64,000 nucleotides of DNA from Thermoplasmatota archaeon (GCA_036138175.1 JAZAAK010000014.1:20572-84571), one strand, 5' to 3'. Shown: positions 49,301 through 59,158, counted from the stretch's first letter. Notes: generated by a model not told the origin, from the letters alone. Numbers and translations are program-made.

Positions 49301-50100
49301 CCTCTGTGAAGCGCTAGACCATGGAGTAAAAAGGTAGCCAATAGAATCATGACCGCGACTCCAACTTCTCCTCCAATTGAGCCAGCAGTAGAGCCAATAG
49401 CCAATAGAACGAGAGTTGCCTGTGCTGCGATTGCATCGTGATCATGCCGATAAGCAATGAATACGTTTAGGGCAACGAGCAATAACAATAGAATCGCTAG
49501 AACCTCTACAGATATGGGAAGGAAACCACCTAATTCCCACCGATTTAGCTCGATTGCTAGGCCGTAGAGGACCTTCATCGAAATTATGACCCAAGAAACG
49601 CCAAGTAAGTGCAAATTCTTGTCAGGAACCCATCGTTCTCCAAAAGCAAATCCTACACCTGCTAGAATTAGCAGTAATACCAATGAAATCATTGGCGGGA
49701 ACGCTGTTCCCGCAACTACGCTTAGAGCACTAAAGACGAATATCATCGACACCATCAGTGACCAATTTACTCGTCGTTCACCATCCTTTGCCATCGAGGT
49801 AACAATGTCATCTTCGGGAGCACTGGCTACTGTTCCGTCAGAAGCTATCGCTCCTGCTTCGTTGCCTATTGTTTCTTTGAAGGGGTCGAAGACATCGCCT
49901 AGAGCCTCATCCACTTCTTCGGCCTCATTTCCTTCGGAATCCGACAGATTTGAGTCGGCAACTTCCTCGGATTTTTCACCTATTCCTAGGTCACCGATGT
50001 CTAGGTTTGCACCGATTTTGAATCGACGTTCGCGAATCACGCGGTCGTCCTTCTCATCGCTCACGCGCTCGCGAGGAACGGCATTCGGCGATAATCGCAT
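46306..50100 (-). CDS. Very large (1264 aa) polytopic integral membrane protein of unknown function
   Basis: Acidic ~100-aa N-terminal cytoplasmic region. Dozens of hydrophobic helices along the whole length, with one basic cytoplasmic loop (QQKRKKRRD) near residue 820. No recognisable catalytic motif, and no WWDYG. Confidence 0.6.
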   Translation of the reverse strand: MRLSPNAVPRERVSDEKDDRVIRERRFKIGANLDIGDLGIGEKSEEVADSNLSDSEGNEAEEVDEALGDVFDPFKETIGNEAGAIASDGTVASAPEDDIVTSMAKDGERRVNWSLMVSMIFVFSALSVVAGTAFPPMISLVLLLILAGVGFAFGERWVPDKNLHLLGVSWVIISMKVLYGLAIELNRWELGGFLPISVEVLAILLLLLVALNVFIAYRHDHDAIAAQATLVLLAIGSTAGSIGGEVGVAVMILLATFLLHGLALHRGSGNLAALGVAASNLWIGMHAITGGFSAGSLVIEPLDTPLILFLLLMLVSGINAAMAARFAREENWFSEGFKAAGLGQPGLWGVSISLGMIGALMAVASSREDSGYALGMVTFLAGAFGGSYLVVRGVERLRVTIPLLAGATLFPLLLIFGDSTEAVSFFDRYETFTIFAAILTAFVILRDQNHVTDRVLWVGSVGILVLLVVLIPAKSEANGGDGGLVLLGLLTALHIGTAILAIMRQAPSLAGATVLLPWSWVLLQEFVVESFRTVIIANGWTDPGNLIHLATMPFAAYLIISVVLMLIVNLQLGETGVNLAAGFLGITEVSASIRDSGALQLWAIGLWLPMVTIVVMAHAGGFTAITLLAVVSVVSLSHLGAEFAGKRLGGPVALLGVIAVSAAVLGWRHGLDEMWIILLLIATASILYRGDPQDESVFTNGMALMSLPLIIAISTKEPSRILESTDSIPSFDLSLTSVTCTGLVMAFYLPRAEKMEKLLKPAAAALWLLVITIGLSLQLENETSTMAGIGLFALSALWLVARGEIRAELKTLSQREQLLAIAGQDNVKKLSLGTGQLDTYDPKRLELQQKRKKRRDLTTTKDDSELYTTDVSHRPTIVLLVLFLVLGSVIVWGLLFSSSPFILLTAGIFATVLVAIARLRTKQLDLDLPTVMGIEMPIAYSIIGLIVALISGHLGPGASNKELLDLAVVTILILQFVIISLYQRDNLLDRIPIAIDWFVLPLVLGRIAGAFLVESLPFPFTVDPFDGDLIGWQIPWLLLEALLIFTIAIDVMIDSRRSSVGRDTHLGSSGRGLRALAYVMISWGPAAILAVANAIYAGRKHRQVEAVGLSIICLPLALFSMGTFIPQIIEYLDWIILAGGFIMLGFVAASVPMRNGNWTMMAAIDCHILMFAGLTMVNIWMIYPIALFAISTTLWVVGIFHLRRILRIWGFGDLILGVAASLLMLGAASSIDAIGLFLLLTVVGAELALVTWLGQRNQEALLQD

Positions 50101-50194
50101 CCCCGTCAGGGATAGTTGAATTTCAATATCTTAGAGAAATCATCTCAACGGGTTATCCGTAATGGTTGAAAGGTAAACATCTGAGGCGTGATAC

Positions 50195-51811
50195 ATGGAG
50201 AGCACCTCGCGCTCGTCCACCACCGCTGTCTCAGCGACCCCTTTGTCGACGCACGGATTGAATCCTAGCGGCTCTGTACATTGGAATCTGTCCTCGGATG
50301 AATTGCACGAAACGGCAGTAAAGGGTGGTGAAGCAGAGATGACAGCACACGGTGTCTTACTCGCAACCACTGGAGAACGCACCGGACGTTCACCAAATGA
50401 CCGATTCATCGTAGACGAACCAGGATATGCAGACCATGTTTGGTGGGGTAAAGTGAATCGCCCAACAAGTCGCTGGGTGTTTGAGAATCTTCTCAAGAAG
50501 GTGCAATCTCACCTCGACTCAGCAGACCAATTATTCGTAAAAGATGCACATTGTGGCGCGGATACAAATTATGCAATGCCTGTTCGACTAGTTACCGAGA
50601 AGGCTTGGCACGCTGCCTTCTTCCACAATATGTTCGTTCGCAGTGACCCTTCTGAATTGAATGATCACGTTCCCGAATACACAATTTTGCACGCTCCAGA
50701 TCTAATGGCTGACCCCGAAGACGATGGTGTAAATTCTGGGGTCTTCGTGATATTGGCCTTAGACCGCGGTTTGGTAATTATTGGTGGAACTCATTATGCA
50801 GGGGAAATCAAGAAAGCAATCTTCACCATAATGAATCATATTCTACCTGAAAGAGGAATCATGCCAATGCATTGCTCGGCAAACACAGATGGCGAAGATT
50901 CGGCCCTATTCTTTGGATTATCTGGAACAGGAAAGACGACTCTTTCCGCAGATCCTCACAGAGCATTAGTTGGTGATGATGAACATGGTTGGTCAGATGA
51001 TGGCGTATTCAATTTTGAAGGAGGGTGCTATGCCAAATTAATCGGTCTGTCTGAGGAAGATGAACCAGAAATCTATGCAACAACTAGAATGCCTGGAACC
51101 ATTTTGGAGAATGTAATCCTTGATTCAAATGGAGTTCCAGATTTTGATGATGGAACCCTTACTCAGAATACTCGAGCATCCTATCCTATCGAAGCAATAG
51201 AAAATAGAACTGCAGATTCCACTGCAGGTCATCCAAAGAATGTAGTGTTCCTGACCTGTGACGCCTTTGGAGTTCTACCTCCACTTTCTCGATTAACTCC
51301 AGACCAAGCCGCTTACCACTTTATGTCAGGTTATACTGCAAAGGTTGCTGGAACAGAAATTGGAGTTACCGAGCCTCAAGCAACATTCTCAACTTGTTTT
51401 GGTGCACCATTTATGCCCCGTCATCCTAGCATTTATGCCGACTTGCTTTCCAAGAAAATTAGTCAACAAAATGCGAATTGCTGGTTGATCAACACTGGAT
51501 GGGTAGCTGGCGGATATGGCGAATCTAATCGAATCAAAATTCGCTGGACTCGCTCTCTTTTGAATGCAGCACTACGTGGCGATTTGGAAGATGTAATATT
51601 CGTCGAAGACGAGCGCTTCGGCTTCTCAGTACCTTTAGAATGTGAAGGTGTACCGAGTGAAATACTCCAACCTAGAGAGACATGGTCTGATAAGCAAAGA
51701 TACGACAATGTAGCGAATCTTCTCGCACAGATGTTTAGGGAAAATTTCCAACAATATGAAGAAGGATGTAGCGAGGAAGTTTTAGCCTCATCTCCAAAGG
51801 TCCTACTTTGA
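50195..51811 (+). CDS. pckA: Phosphoenolpyruvate carboxykinase (ATP)
   Basis: Kinase-1a loop GLSGTGKTTLS. Overall match to ATP-PEPCK at 538 aa. Confidence 0.9.
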   Translation: MESTSRSSTTAVSATPLSTHGLNPSGSVHWNLSSDELHETAVKGGEAEMTAHGVLLATTGERTGRSPNDRFIVDEPGYADHVWWGKVNRPTSRWVFENLLKKVQSHLDSADQLFVKDAHCGADTNYAMPVRLVTEKAWHAAFFHNMFVRSDPSELNDHVPEYTILHAPDLMADPEDDGVNSGVFVILALDRGLVIIGGTHYAGEIKKAIFTIMNHILPERGIMPMHCSANTDGEDSALFFGLSGTGKTTLSADPHRALVGDDEHGWSDDGVFNFEGGCYAKLIGLSEEDEPEIYATTRMPGTILENVILDSNGVPDFDDGTLTQNTRASYPIEAIENRTADSTAGHPKNVVFLTCDAFGVLPPLSRLTPDQAAYHFMSGYTAKVAGTEIGVTEPQATFSTCFGAPFMPRHPSIYADLLSKKISQQNANCWLINTGWVAGGYGESNRIKIRWTRSLLNAALRGDLEDVIFVEDERFGFSVPLECEGVPSEILQPRETWSDKQRYDNVANLLAQMFRENFQQYEEGCSEEVLASSPKVLL

Positions 51812-51877
51812 TTTATACTCAATTGAATGTGAATCGGCTTCGGAGAAAATAAAATATGAGAGAATCTCTTTCACATC

Positions 51878-54484
51878 ATGCGTAAGATACCCGTCATACT
51901 TTCACTGAGCATTTTATTGCTGATGTCACTTTCTTCGGTGATTCAAGAAGCAAGTGAATTAAACACAGAAGCACTAGAAATGAGGGCCCCAAATGATGTT
52001 CCAGATCCTTTGCATCTTGTTGATGATTCAATGTTTTCCGAGACCGTAAATGGCATGGATTATGATGACTCTGGAAATCTCTATTACGGTGGATCATTAT
52101 GTGGCCGTTCAAGCACTGACATAAGTACTACTTTTGAATGTGAATTAACTTCTGAATCTGGTACCGAATCAACACTGAGTTTTACCCCTTCGTATGTTGC
52201 CGTAATGGACAATGAAGGAAACAGGATTGCTGCCCATCTCTTCCACAGTGGTTATGGAGATAGAATCGATGAGATAATTGTCCTAGAGAATGGTGATATC
52301 TTAGTCGCTGGTGGGTTTTGTTGGCTTTCGAATGAATGTTATTTCCAAGGGGATGGTATGCTTCTCGAAGCACCAGGGAGAAATTTGGACGCATTTGTTT
52401 TCAGAATGAATCCTTCAGGAGAGGTAATCTGGTCTCGTGCTTTTTGGTCTGCTGGAAATGATTTAATCCACAGTTTGGACGAGGGCCCGAACGGTGAAAT
52501 TTACCTTCAGGGAACATTTTGCGCGGATGCTACTGGCTCGGGATGTAGATTGAATTCAGTTGAAGGGGTCGAAGGCCCTTTGACCAAAGGTGGTTCTGAT
52601 ATTTTTATTGGCAAATTAACCTCTGATGGTTCTTTGGATTGGGTCAAAACTCTAGGAAGCTCCACGGAGGATCATACTCTTGGAGGCGGTTATTGGTCTC
52701 TACAACAGATGGGCATCGTAGCATCATCAGACGGCGGAGTATTGGTTACTGGTTCAGTTTGTCACGACGGTTCATTCTTCGACACATGCTCATTCAGACT
52801 GTCTCCTAATGACGTAATCACTAGTCAAGATGGTTTTGTCGCAAAATATTCTGCTAACGGGAGTTATGAATGGTACGAGAAAATTGGAGGTGCTGGTGTT
52901 GATTACGTACAAGTTACAGTACCTATTGATGATAACAGAATACTAGTAGGTGGAAACCATTATTCTAGCAATTTTTCAGTCACAGGATATTGGGTGAATA
53001 ACTCTGGTAGTTCTGATGCTTGGTGGGCAATCTTCAATCACCAAAACCAGGAATGGGAGGGCCTTTGGGATTCTGATGAAACTGGAGATTCTTACATACA
53101 TTCAGCTTCGGTTGGCCTAGATGGCGAAATTATAGTCGCAGGTTCAGGTTGTTGGCAGATCACACCTTGCACAATTGAAGTTGCAGGCAAATCACACAAT
53201 GGTCGTTCTTATGGAATAGGTTGGGCATTGAAGGTCGATGAAGAAGGAAACAGTGAATGGATTCGAGGAGTATACTCTACAACTAGATCGGCATCTCCTG
53301 TTTCTCAAGTATTGCAAAACAACTTCGGTGACATTGCAATGTCGATACCAAATTGTTACAGTGAAGATAATGAGAATGATTGCAGTATTACAATGGCGGG
53401 ACATACTTTCAACTCCGTTGAGAATGCCACTTTAATCCGAGTAATGATTCTAGATTTTGATAGAGATGGAGTAGTTGATGAATTCGACAATTGTCCTGCA
53501 GGAGATCAAGGATGGACAAGTGATGCCTCAAACGACAATGACGCAGATGGCTGCAATGATATTACGGAAGACCTAGATGACGACAATGACGGTTGGCTCG
53601 ATTCGGAAGAAATTGCTTGCTCTCACTCACCAATAGATCCAACCTCAATGCCAACCGATACGGATGGCGATGAAATCTGCAATAATCTCGACAACGATGA
53701 TGATGATGATGGCTATCTTGACGTTGAAGACGCGTATCCTTACAATTCCGAAGAATGGGTAGACAATGATATGGACGGAATAGGAGATAATCAGGACGAT
53801 GACGATGACAATGATGATTGGAAAGATCATCAAGACGATTTCCCTAACGAAGCATGCGCCTACATTGATTCGGACGGAGATGGTCGCCCCGATTCCTTTG
53901 TGGTTCCAAATTGTCCTACTTCTTTAGAGGAAGATGTTGATGATGACGGAGATGGAGTCGACGATACCGTCGATGCCTGGCCATTGGACCCAGCGATGGG
54001 ACTGGATACAGATGGAGATGGTCTCCCTGACAAACACAAATCAGGATTAACCGGTTCAATAGCTGAGGACACAGATGACGATAATGATGGATATCTGGAT
54101 ACAGAAGACGATTTCCCACTGGATGCTAATCGTTGGTTAGACACCGATGGTGATGGAATTGATGATTCAATAGATACCGATAGAGATGGCGATGATTGGA
54201 GCGATATAGACGAAGAGAATTGTGGTACGGATTCAATGGACAGTGGAGATTGGCCTACTGATTCAGATAATGATGGAATCTGCGATGCAATGGATAAGCA
54301 AGGAATAACTGAAGTCTTTTCAGGTGGAATTGGAATTGCATTTGCTCTCGCTTTCTTGCTAATTCTAGGAGCAATTGCCTACTCTAGGCAAGAATCTTCG
54401 CTAGTTGAATCAGACTCGCAGATTCCTCCTCCTCCATCACTTGATGAGGTAATGGAAGTAGAAGTAGAGGATGATTCAGATTAG
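51878..54484 (+). CDS. Secreted surface protein with a signal peptide, SBBP-type beta-propeller repeats, thrombospondin type-3-like Ca-binding repeats, and a C-terminal TM anchor with an acidic tail
   Basis: Signal peptide MRKIPVILSLSILLLMSLSSVIQEAS. Repeated ...GSDIFIGKLTSDGSLDWVKTLG / DGFVAKYSANGSYEWYEKIGG (SBBP pattern). Then DxDxDGxxDxxD acidic repeats. TM GGIGIAFALAFLLILGAIAY. Confidence 0.75.
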   Translation: MRKIPVILSLSILLLMSLSSVIQEASELNTEALEMRAPNDVPDPLHLVDDSMFSETVNGMDYDDSGNLYYGGSLCGRSSTDISTTFECELTSESGTESTLSFTPSYVAVMDNEGNRIAAHLFHSGYGDRIDEIIVLENGDILVAGGFCWLSNECYFQGDGMLLEAPGRNLDAFVFRMNPSGEVIWSRAFWSAGNDLIHSLDEGPNGEIYLQGTFCADATGSGCRLNSVEGVEGPLTKGGSDIFIGKLTSDGSLDWVKTLGSSTEDHTLGGGYWSLQQMGIVASSDGGVLVTGSVCHDGSFFDTCSFRLSPNDVITSQDGFVAKYSANGSYEWYEKIGGAGVDYVQVTVPIDDNRILVGGNHYSSNFSVTGYWVNNSGSSDAWWAIFNHQNQEWEGLWDSDETGDSYIHSASVGLDGEIIVAGSGCWQITPCTIEVAGKSHNGRSYGIGWALKVDEEGNSEWIRGVYSTTRSASPVSQVLQNNFGDIAMSIPNCYSEDNENDCSITMAGHTFNSVENATLIRVMILDFDRDGVVDEFDNCPAGDQGWTSDASNDNDADGCNDITEDLDDDNDGWLDSEEIACSHSPIDPTSMPTDTDGDEICNNLDNDDDDDGYLDVEDAYPYNSEEWVDNDMDGIGDNQDDDDDNDDWKDHQDDFPNEACAYIDSDGDGRPDSFVVPNCPTSLEEDVDDDGDGVDDTVDAWPLDPAMGLDTDGDGLPDKHKSGLTGSIAEDTDDDNDGYLDTEDDFPLDANRWLDTDGDGIDDSIDTDRDGDDWSDIDEENCGTDSMDSGDWPTDSDNDGICDAMDKQGITEVFSGGIGIAFALAFLLILGAIAYSRQESSLVESDSQIPPPPSLDEVMEVEVEDDSD
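53455..54300 (+). repeat. Protein-level tandem thrombospondin type-3-like Ca-binding repeats
   Basis: DNDADGCNDITEDLDDDNDGWLD, DTDGDEICNNLDNDDDDDGYLD, DNDMDGIGDNQDDDDDND... read in the translation. Confidence 0.55.
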
Positions 54485-54530
54485 AACGGCTAACCATTTC
54501 CGTTAAATCTGAAATTGATTTGATTCAATC

Positions 54531-55301
54531 GTGCGCATCAACCCAGTTGTGATATTGACGGTATTCTTACTGTCCCCTGCGTCTGTTGGATGCCTCTCCA
54601 ATTCGCAAGAAGATAGCGTTATTGACTTAATTGTAAATTATGAATCTACAAATGGTACGATTGTTGAAACATATGTTGATGGAGATTTACAATCTAAATC
54701 GAAAATCATACTAGATTTCGATTTTACAAAAACAAGCTCAGAGCATGATTTAGTTAGTTTTGGAATTGATCCCAATAATGGTCGAAGCCCGGTTATAGTA
54801 TCCGCAGAAACGTCACAAATGGTCTCAGTCGAATTCTCCGAGCACGGGATTTACCATCTAGATGTATTTGCAGTCGACGAGATGGAATCAAGAGAGAACC
54901 TAACAATTGTTGTCAGAATCGAACTCAATATCGAATGGAATGAAGATACAACGAATGAGCCAACTCCCCTCGAAATAGACTCCATACCCAAGAATGGGGG
55001 GCCATATCCTTCGATGATAATCATCGACTCAGATGTAGAAAATCCAGAACTAATCGAGAATGTGGGAGGCGGCAGAGAGGTAGAAATCACTTGGCGCCTT
55101 TTAGACGAAGCAGATCATGCTTGCTTGATTCGTCCGACTACTGTTGACGAGGGGGAAATCGCAAATTGGAAGGTACATCACAGAATAACAAATGAAGTTC
55201 ACGACTTAACAATTAGTTATGATAGTGGCCAAGATTACATAGACATCGATCAATCGATATCAATTCTATATGAGGAAATTGAGTCTCCACCAAATCCTTG
55301 A
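54531..55301 (+). CDS. Secreted protein or lipoprotein of unknown function. Probably co-transcribed with the upstream surface protein
   Basis: Signal peptide MRINPVVILTVFLLSPASVGC with Cys after a small residue. 46-nt gap on the same strand. Beta-rich, no known motif. Confidence 0.55.
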   Translation: MRINPVVILTVFLLSPASVGCLSNSQEDSVIDLIVNYESTNGTIVETYVDGDLQSKSKIILDFDFTKTSSEHDLVSFGIDPNNGRSPVIVSAETSQMVSVEFSEHGIYHLDVFAVDEMESRENLTIVVRIELNIEWNEDTTNEPTPLEIDSIPKNGGPYPSMIIIDSDVENPELIENVGGGREVEITWRLLDEADHACLIRPTTVDEGEIANWKVHHRITNEVHDLTISYDSGQDYIDIDQSISILYEEIESPPNP

Positions 55302-55327
55302 GATAAAGGCGGGCTGGGGCAAACAGA

Positions 55328-56254
55328 ATGTCTTCTGAACTGCACGTAGTAACCGGCGCCTTCGGTTATAGTGGCAGATGGATAGCAAAGCAACTCCTGT
55401 CTGAAGGAAAACAGGTTCGTACCCTTACCAATGCTGCCGCTAGGGATGATCCATTCGATGGTGCAGTCGAAGTTCACCCATTGAATTTCGATGATTACGA
55501 ATCATTGGTAGAATCTCTGAAAGGCGCAGATGTACTCTATAACACATATTGGGTTCGGTATAACGATAATCAGCGGAATTTTGACCATGGAATCGCTGTT
55601 GAAAATTGCAAGAAATTGTTCGATGCTGCTAGCGAAGCGGGAGTTAGAAGAGTAGTCCATTTCAGTGTTGCAAAACCGGACCAAGCCCCTGGTTGGACTT
55701 ACTTTGTAGGTAAGGTTGAGACCGAGAGATTGCTCAGGGAATCCGAGCAATCCTACGCCATCGTTAGACCAACGGTATTCTTTGGCGGCGGACGAAATGT
55801 TCTGATCAATAATATCGCTTGGATAATGAGAAAATTCCCAATATTCGGAGTTTTTGGTTTTGGCAAGTATCCTATCCAGCCAGTGCATATTCGTGATGTG
55901 GCAAGGGTGTCGATTGAACTTGGAGCAAGTGATGAAGACATCACTCGAGATATTGCCGGCCATCAGAGATTTACCTACAGGGAATTTATATCTTTGATAG
56001 GAAAGAGTATGGGAGTAAGGAGATTGATTATCCCAATTCCTCCAATCTTTGGTTGGCTAGCGGGGAAATTGATTGGAATATTTCTGCGTGACCGAGTCAT
56101 TACAAGAGCGGAGATTCGAGGATTGATGAACGGCTTGGTGGCATCTGAGGAAGAGCCGTTAGGAGAAATCAAATTCAGTGATTGGATTGCAGAAAACGGC
56201 TCAGATTTAGGTAGAGAATATCAGAACGATTTGCAAGAAAGAAGCTACAATTGA
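55328..56254 (+). CDS. NAD(P)-binding atypical SDR (NmrA / NDUFA9-like epimerase-dehydratase family)
   Basis: N-terminal Rossmann VTGAFGYSGRWIAKQLL. 308 aa. Confidence 0.7.
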   Translation: MSSELHVVTGAFGYSGRWIAKQLLSEGKQVRTLTNAAARDDPFDGAVEVHPLNFDDYESLVESLKGADVLYNTYWVRYNDNQRNFDHGIAVENCKKLFDAASEAGVRRVVHFSVAKPDQAPGWTYFVGKVETERLLRESEQSYAIVRPTVFFGGGRNVLINNIAWIMRKFPIFGVFGFGKYPIQPVHIRDVARVSIELGASDEDITRDIAGHQRFTYREFISLIGKSMGVRRLIIPIPPIFGWLAGKLIGIFLRDRVITRAEIRGLMNGLVASEEEPLGEIKFSDWIAENGSDLGREYQNDLQERSYN

Positions 56255-56266
56255 TGAGGTAATATA

Positions 56267-56389
56267 ATGATTGAAGAGATTGTAGGAATTGCTGCTATTC
56301 TGCTAATAATTCCAGGTTGGGCCATAGGCCTAGTGGCGATAATCGCCTATCTTTGGAGATTATTCTTCAAGCGAAAGAAAGTGGAATGA
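56267..56389 (+). CDS. Candidate 40-aa single-TM micro-protein (MIEEIVGIAAILLIIPGWAIGLVAIIAYLWRLFFKRKKVE). It is below the ORF-track cutoff
   Basis: ATG start 13 nt after the upstream stop. Uninterrupted hydrophobic helix with a positive C-terminus (inside-positive). It fills a 148-bp gap between convergent genes. Confidence 0.3.
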   Translation: MIEEIVGIAAILLIIPGWAIGLVAIIAYLWRLFFKRKKVE

Positions 56390-56402
56390 ATCAAAGGGTA
56401 CC

Positions 56403-56879
56403 CTATGATTCGTACTCGTTCCTCTCACTTGGTTCTTCACTGAAGTACTGGATGAACTCATACTCATTATTGTCATGATCGAAGAAGTAGTATCTGTGTC
56501 TGTGAGGGTGATCTAGGTAGGTCGCTCCTTGTTTGTAACCAGCCTTAATCATGCGCTCAGCTAAAGCCTCTCCATCGCTGACCACGAATCCCATGTGGTT
56601 CATCCCAGGATGAACGTACGGCTGATGTGGCCCTTTCTCAGTAGCTCCACGATCTTCTATGCAAAGGTAAGAATCCTCAGTGCCAATATGCACCCAGCGC
56701 TGTGCTTTCTCCCCTCCTCCTTCTCCTCTGATACTGAATTCTGGCATTGCAGTTAGAAGAAACTGGATGGTCTCATCCACGTCTGTGGATGTCATGTTCA
56801 GGTGCTCTAGGAATGGCTTCATGGAATGTTGAGGGGCAATCCGCCTTATGTTGTCATCGGTATCCATTGATGCAATCAC
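56403..56879 (-). CDS. Glyoxalase/bleomycin-resistance/VOC-family protein
   Basis: Paired beta-alpha-beta-beta-beta modules with His/Glu metal ligands (HIGTEDSY..., HMGFVVSD...). 158 aa. Confidence 0.65.
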   Translation of the reverse strand: MIASMDTDDNIRRIAPQHSMKPFLEHLNMTSTDVDETIQFLLTAMPEFSIRGEGGGEKAQRWVHIGTEDSYLCIEDRGATEKGPHQPYVHPGMNHMGFVVSDGEALAERMIKAGYKQGATYLDHPHRHRYYFFDHDNNEYEFIQYFSEEPSERNEYES

Positions 56880-59158
56880 AAACGCTGTCTTGCGTGCCTT
56901 TGTGCATCAACGGCAGTTATTGCAGCCATGTGGACAACCTGCCTAACCGAGTCACCCCGTTGGAGTACGTGAGCAGGCTTGGCTAGACCTTCTAGAATTG
57001 GACCCGTCATTTCTGCGCCCGCAATTCTCTGAAGCAATTTGTAGGCAATATTTGCCGAAGCCAGGTTAGGACAGACCAATACATTGGCAGGCCCGTCAAA
57101 TTCCATGAATGGGAACTCGTTCTGACGGTCAGGAACAAGAGCAGTATCTGCTTGCATTGGACCATCGATAACAAGACCACGATCTAATTCACGAGCCATT
57201 GCGATGGCTTCCTCAATTCGGTCAGTACGCAATTCGTTTGAGGTTCCAAAGTTAGAGAATGAAAGCATAGCAACCTTGGGACTAACTCCAAATCTTCGAG
57301 CAACCTTGGCGGTTTGAATAGCAATTTCTGCCAGCGTTCTAGCATCTGGATAGATGTTGATTGTAGCATCTGCAATGAACATCAGTTGACCATTTACAGT
57401 CATCATGTATAGACCCACAATTCGATGCGAAGAAGAGTCAGGGCCAATTGTTTGCAGGCATGGCTTTACGATATCTGGATAGTTATGAGCAATTCCTCCA
57501 AGATACCCATCAGCATCTCCGCAGTGCACCATCATTGGGCCAAAGTAATTTGGTGACTTCAATTGGTTAATCGCATCCCTTCGTGTTAGTCCTTTACGTC
57601 CACGAAGTTTGTGTAATTCATCTGCATAATCTCCACGCCTGCGAGGATCATATCTTACGTCGATAATTTCACAATCAAAAGTAAGCCCAAGCTCCTCCTT
57701 AACCGCTTCAATACGCTCAGGGTGACCTAGAAGGATTGGATTGCATATTCCCTCGACCATACATTGAGCCGCAGCCTTGATAATAGTCGGCTCTTCACCT
57801 TCTGAGAAGACAATTTTCTTCTTGTCTTTCCTTGCTTGATTGATTACGTGGCGCATAATTGAACGAGTTAATCCTAACCTTGCCTCAAGGTCCTCTCTGT
57901 ACTTCTGAACGTCGAATTCCTCAGCACTAATTCGAGCCATTCCCTCATCCACAGCTGCTTGCGCCACTGCACTGGCTTCCCAAATTAAGACACGTGCATC
58001 GAATGGTTTTGGAATTAGATATTCAGGCCCAAATTGCATTTGCTCTCCTGCATATGCAGCGGCGACTTCGTCCGGTACAGGCTCCTTGGCCAAATCCGCC
58101 AGAGCCTTGGTTGCGGCCATTTTCATTCCTTCAGTGATTTCTGTAGCACGTACGTCCAATGCGCCACGGAAGATGTAAGGGAATCCGAGTACGTTGTTAA
58201 TTTGGTTGGGGAAGTCTGATCGTCCTGTCGCGATAATTGCATCATCGCGAACCGCTTGCACATCGGTTGGTAGAATCTCAGGGTCAGGGTTTGCGAGAGC
58301 GAAAATCAATGGTCGCTCAGACATAGATTCGACCATCTCTCCTGAGACCAGTCCACCTTTTGATAACCCGAGGAATACATCGGCATCGACCATTGCCTCG
58401 GCTAATCCGCCGTCTTCAACATCCCTCGCAAAGGCGAGTTTGTATTCGTTTAACTCACCATTATCACCACGTGATTTGGTGAGGATTCCCTTGCTATCGC
58501 ACATCAGCAAATTATCCGCACTAACCCCTAGACGAAGGTAGTGCTGAGCGCAAGAAATTGCGCTCGCACCAGCGCCAGAAATCACTACTTTGACTTCTGA
58601 TACATCCTTCTCGACAACTTCCAATCCGTTGATTAGAGCAGCACCAGAAATAATTGCGGTACCATGCTGATCGTCGTGCATAACTGGAATATCTAATTCT
58701 GCGACTAGCCTACGTTCGATTTCGAAGCATTCTGGTGCCTTGATATCCTCAAGGTTGATTCCACCGAAAGTAGGAGCAATCGCCTTTACCGCTTCGACAA
58801 ATTCGTCGACATCAGTCCTGTCGACTTCGATGTCAAAAACATCAATGTCGGCGAATGCCTTGAACAATAGGCCCTTTCCTTCCATAACCGGCTTTCCGGC
58901 AAGCGCACCAATATCTCCTAAACCAAGAACTGCAGTTCCATTACTGACAACTGCCACTAAATTTCCTTTTGATGTGTACTTGTAGGCATCATCTGGGTTC
59001 TCAGCAATCTCTTCGCAAGGATATGCAACACCAGGAGAATATGCCAGCGAAAGTTCCCGAGCGGTTCCGTGTGGTTTTGTAGGCTCAACTCGGATTTTTC
59101 CGGCTGGTTCAGTAGCGTGGTATTCCAACGCCTCCTCCCGCAGTCTGTCGTCGACCAT
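56876..59158 (-). CDS. maeB: NADP-dependent malic enzyme, MaeB type (malic enzyme domain fused to a PTA-like domain)
   Basis: N-terminus [29 protein letters not shown] parallels E. coli Mae[15 protein letters not shown](P) site. C-terminal PTA-like region. The ORF track starts 9 codons upstream at 59185. Confidence 0.9.
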   Translation of the reverse strand: MVDDRLREEALEYHATEPAGKIRVEPTKPHGTARELSLAYSPGVAYPCEEIAENPDDAYKYTSKGNLVAVVSNGTAVLGLGDIGALAGKPVMEGKGLLFKAFADIDVFDIEVDRTDVDEFVEAVKAIAPTFGGINLEDIKAPECFEIERRLVAELDIPVMHDDQHGTAIISGAALINGLEVVEKDVSEVKVVISGAGASAISCAQHYLRLGVSADNLLMCDSKGILTKSRGDNGELNEYKLAFARDVEDGGLAEAMVDADVFLGLSKGGLVSGEMVESMSERPLIFALANPDPEILPTDVQAVRDDAIIATGRSDFPNQINNVLGFPYIFRGALDVRATEITEGMKMAATKALADLAKEPVPDEVAAAYAGEQMQFGPEYLIPKPFDARVLIWEASAVAQAAVDEGMARISAEEFDVQKYREDLEARLGLTRSIMRHVINQARKDKKKIVFSEGEEPTIIKAAAQCMVEGICNPILLGHPERIEAVKEELGLTFDCEIIDVRYDPRRRGDYADELHKLRGRKGLTRRDAINQLKSPNYFGPMMVHCGDADGYLGGIAHNYPDIVKPCLQTIGPDSSSHRIVGLYMMTVNGQLMFIADATINIYPDARTLAEIAIQTAKVARRFGVSPKVAMLSFSNFGTSNELRTDRIEEAIAMARELDRGLVIDGPMQADTALVPDRQNEFPFMEFDGPANVLVCPNLASANIAYKLLQRIAGAEMTGPILEGLAKPAHVLQRGDSVRQVVHMAAITAVDAQRHARQRL

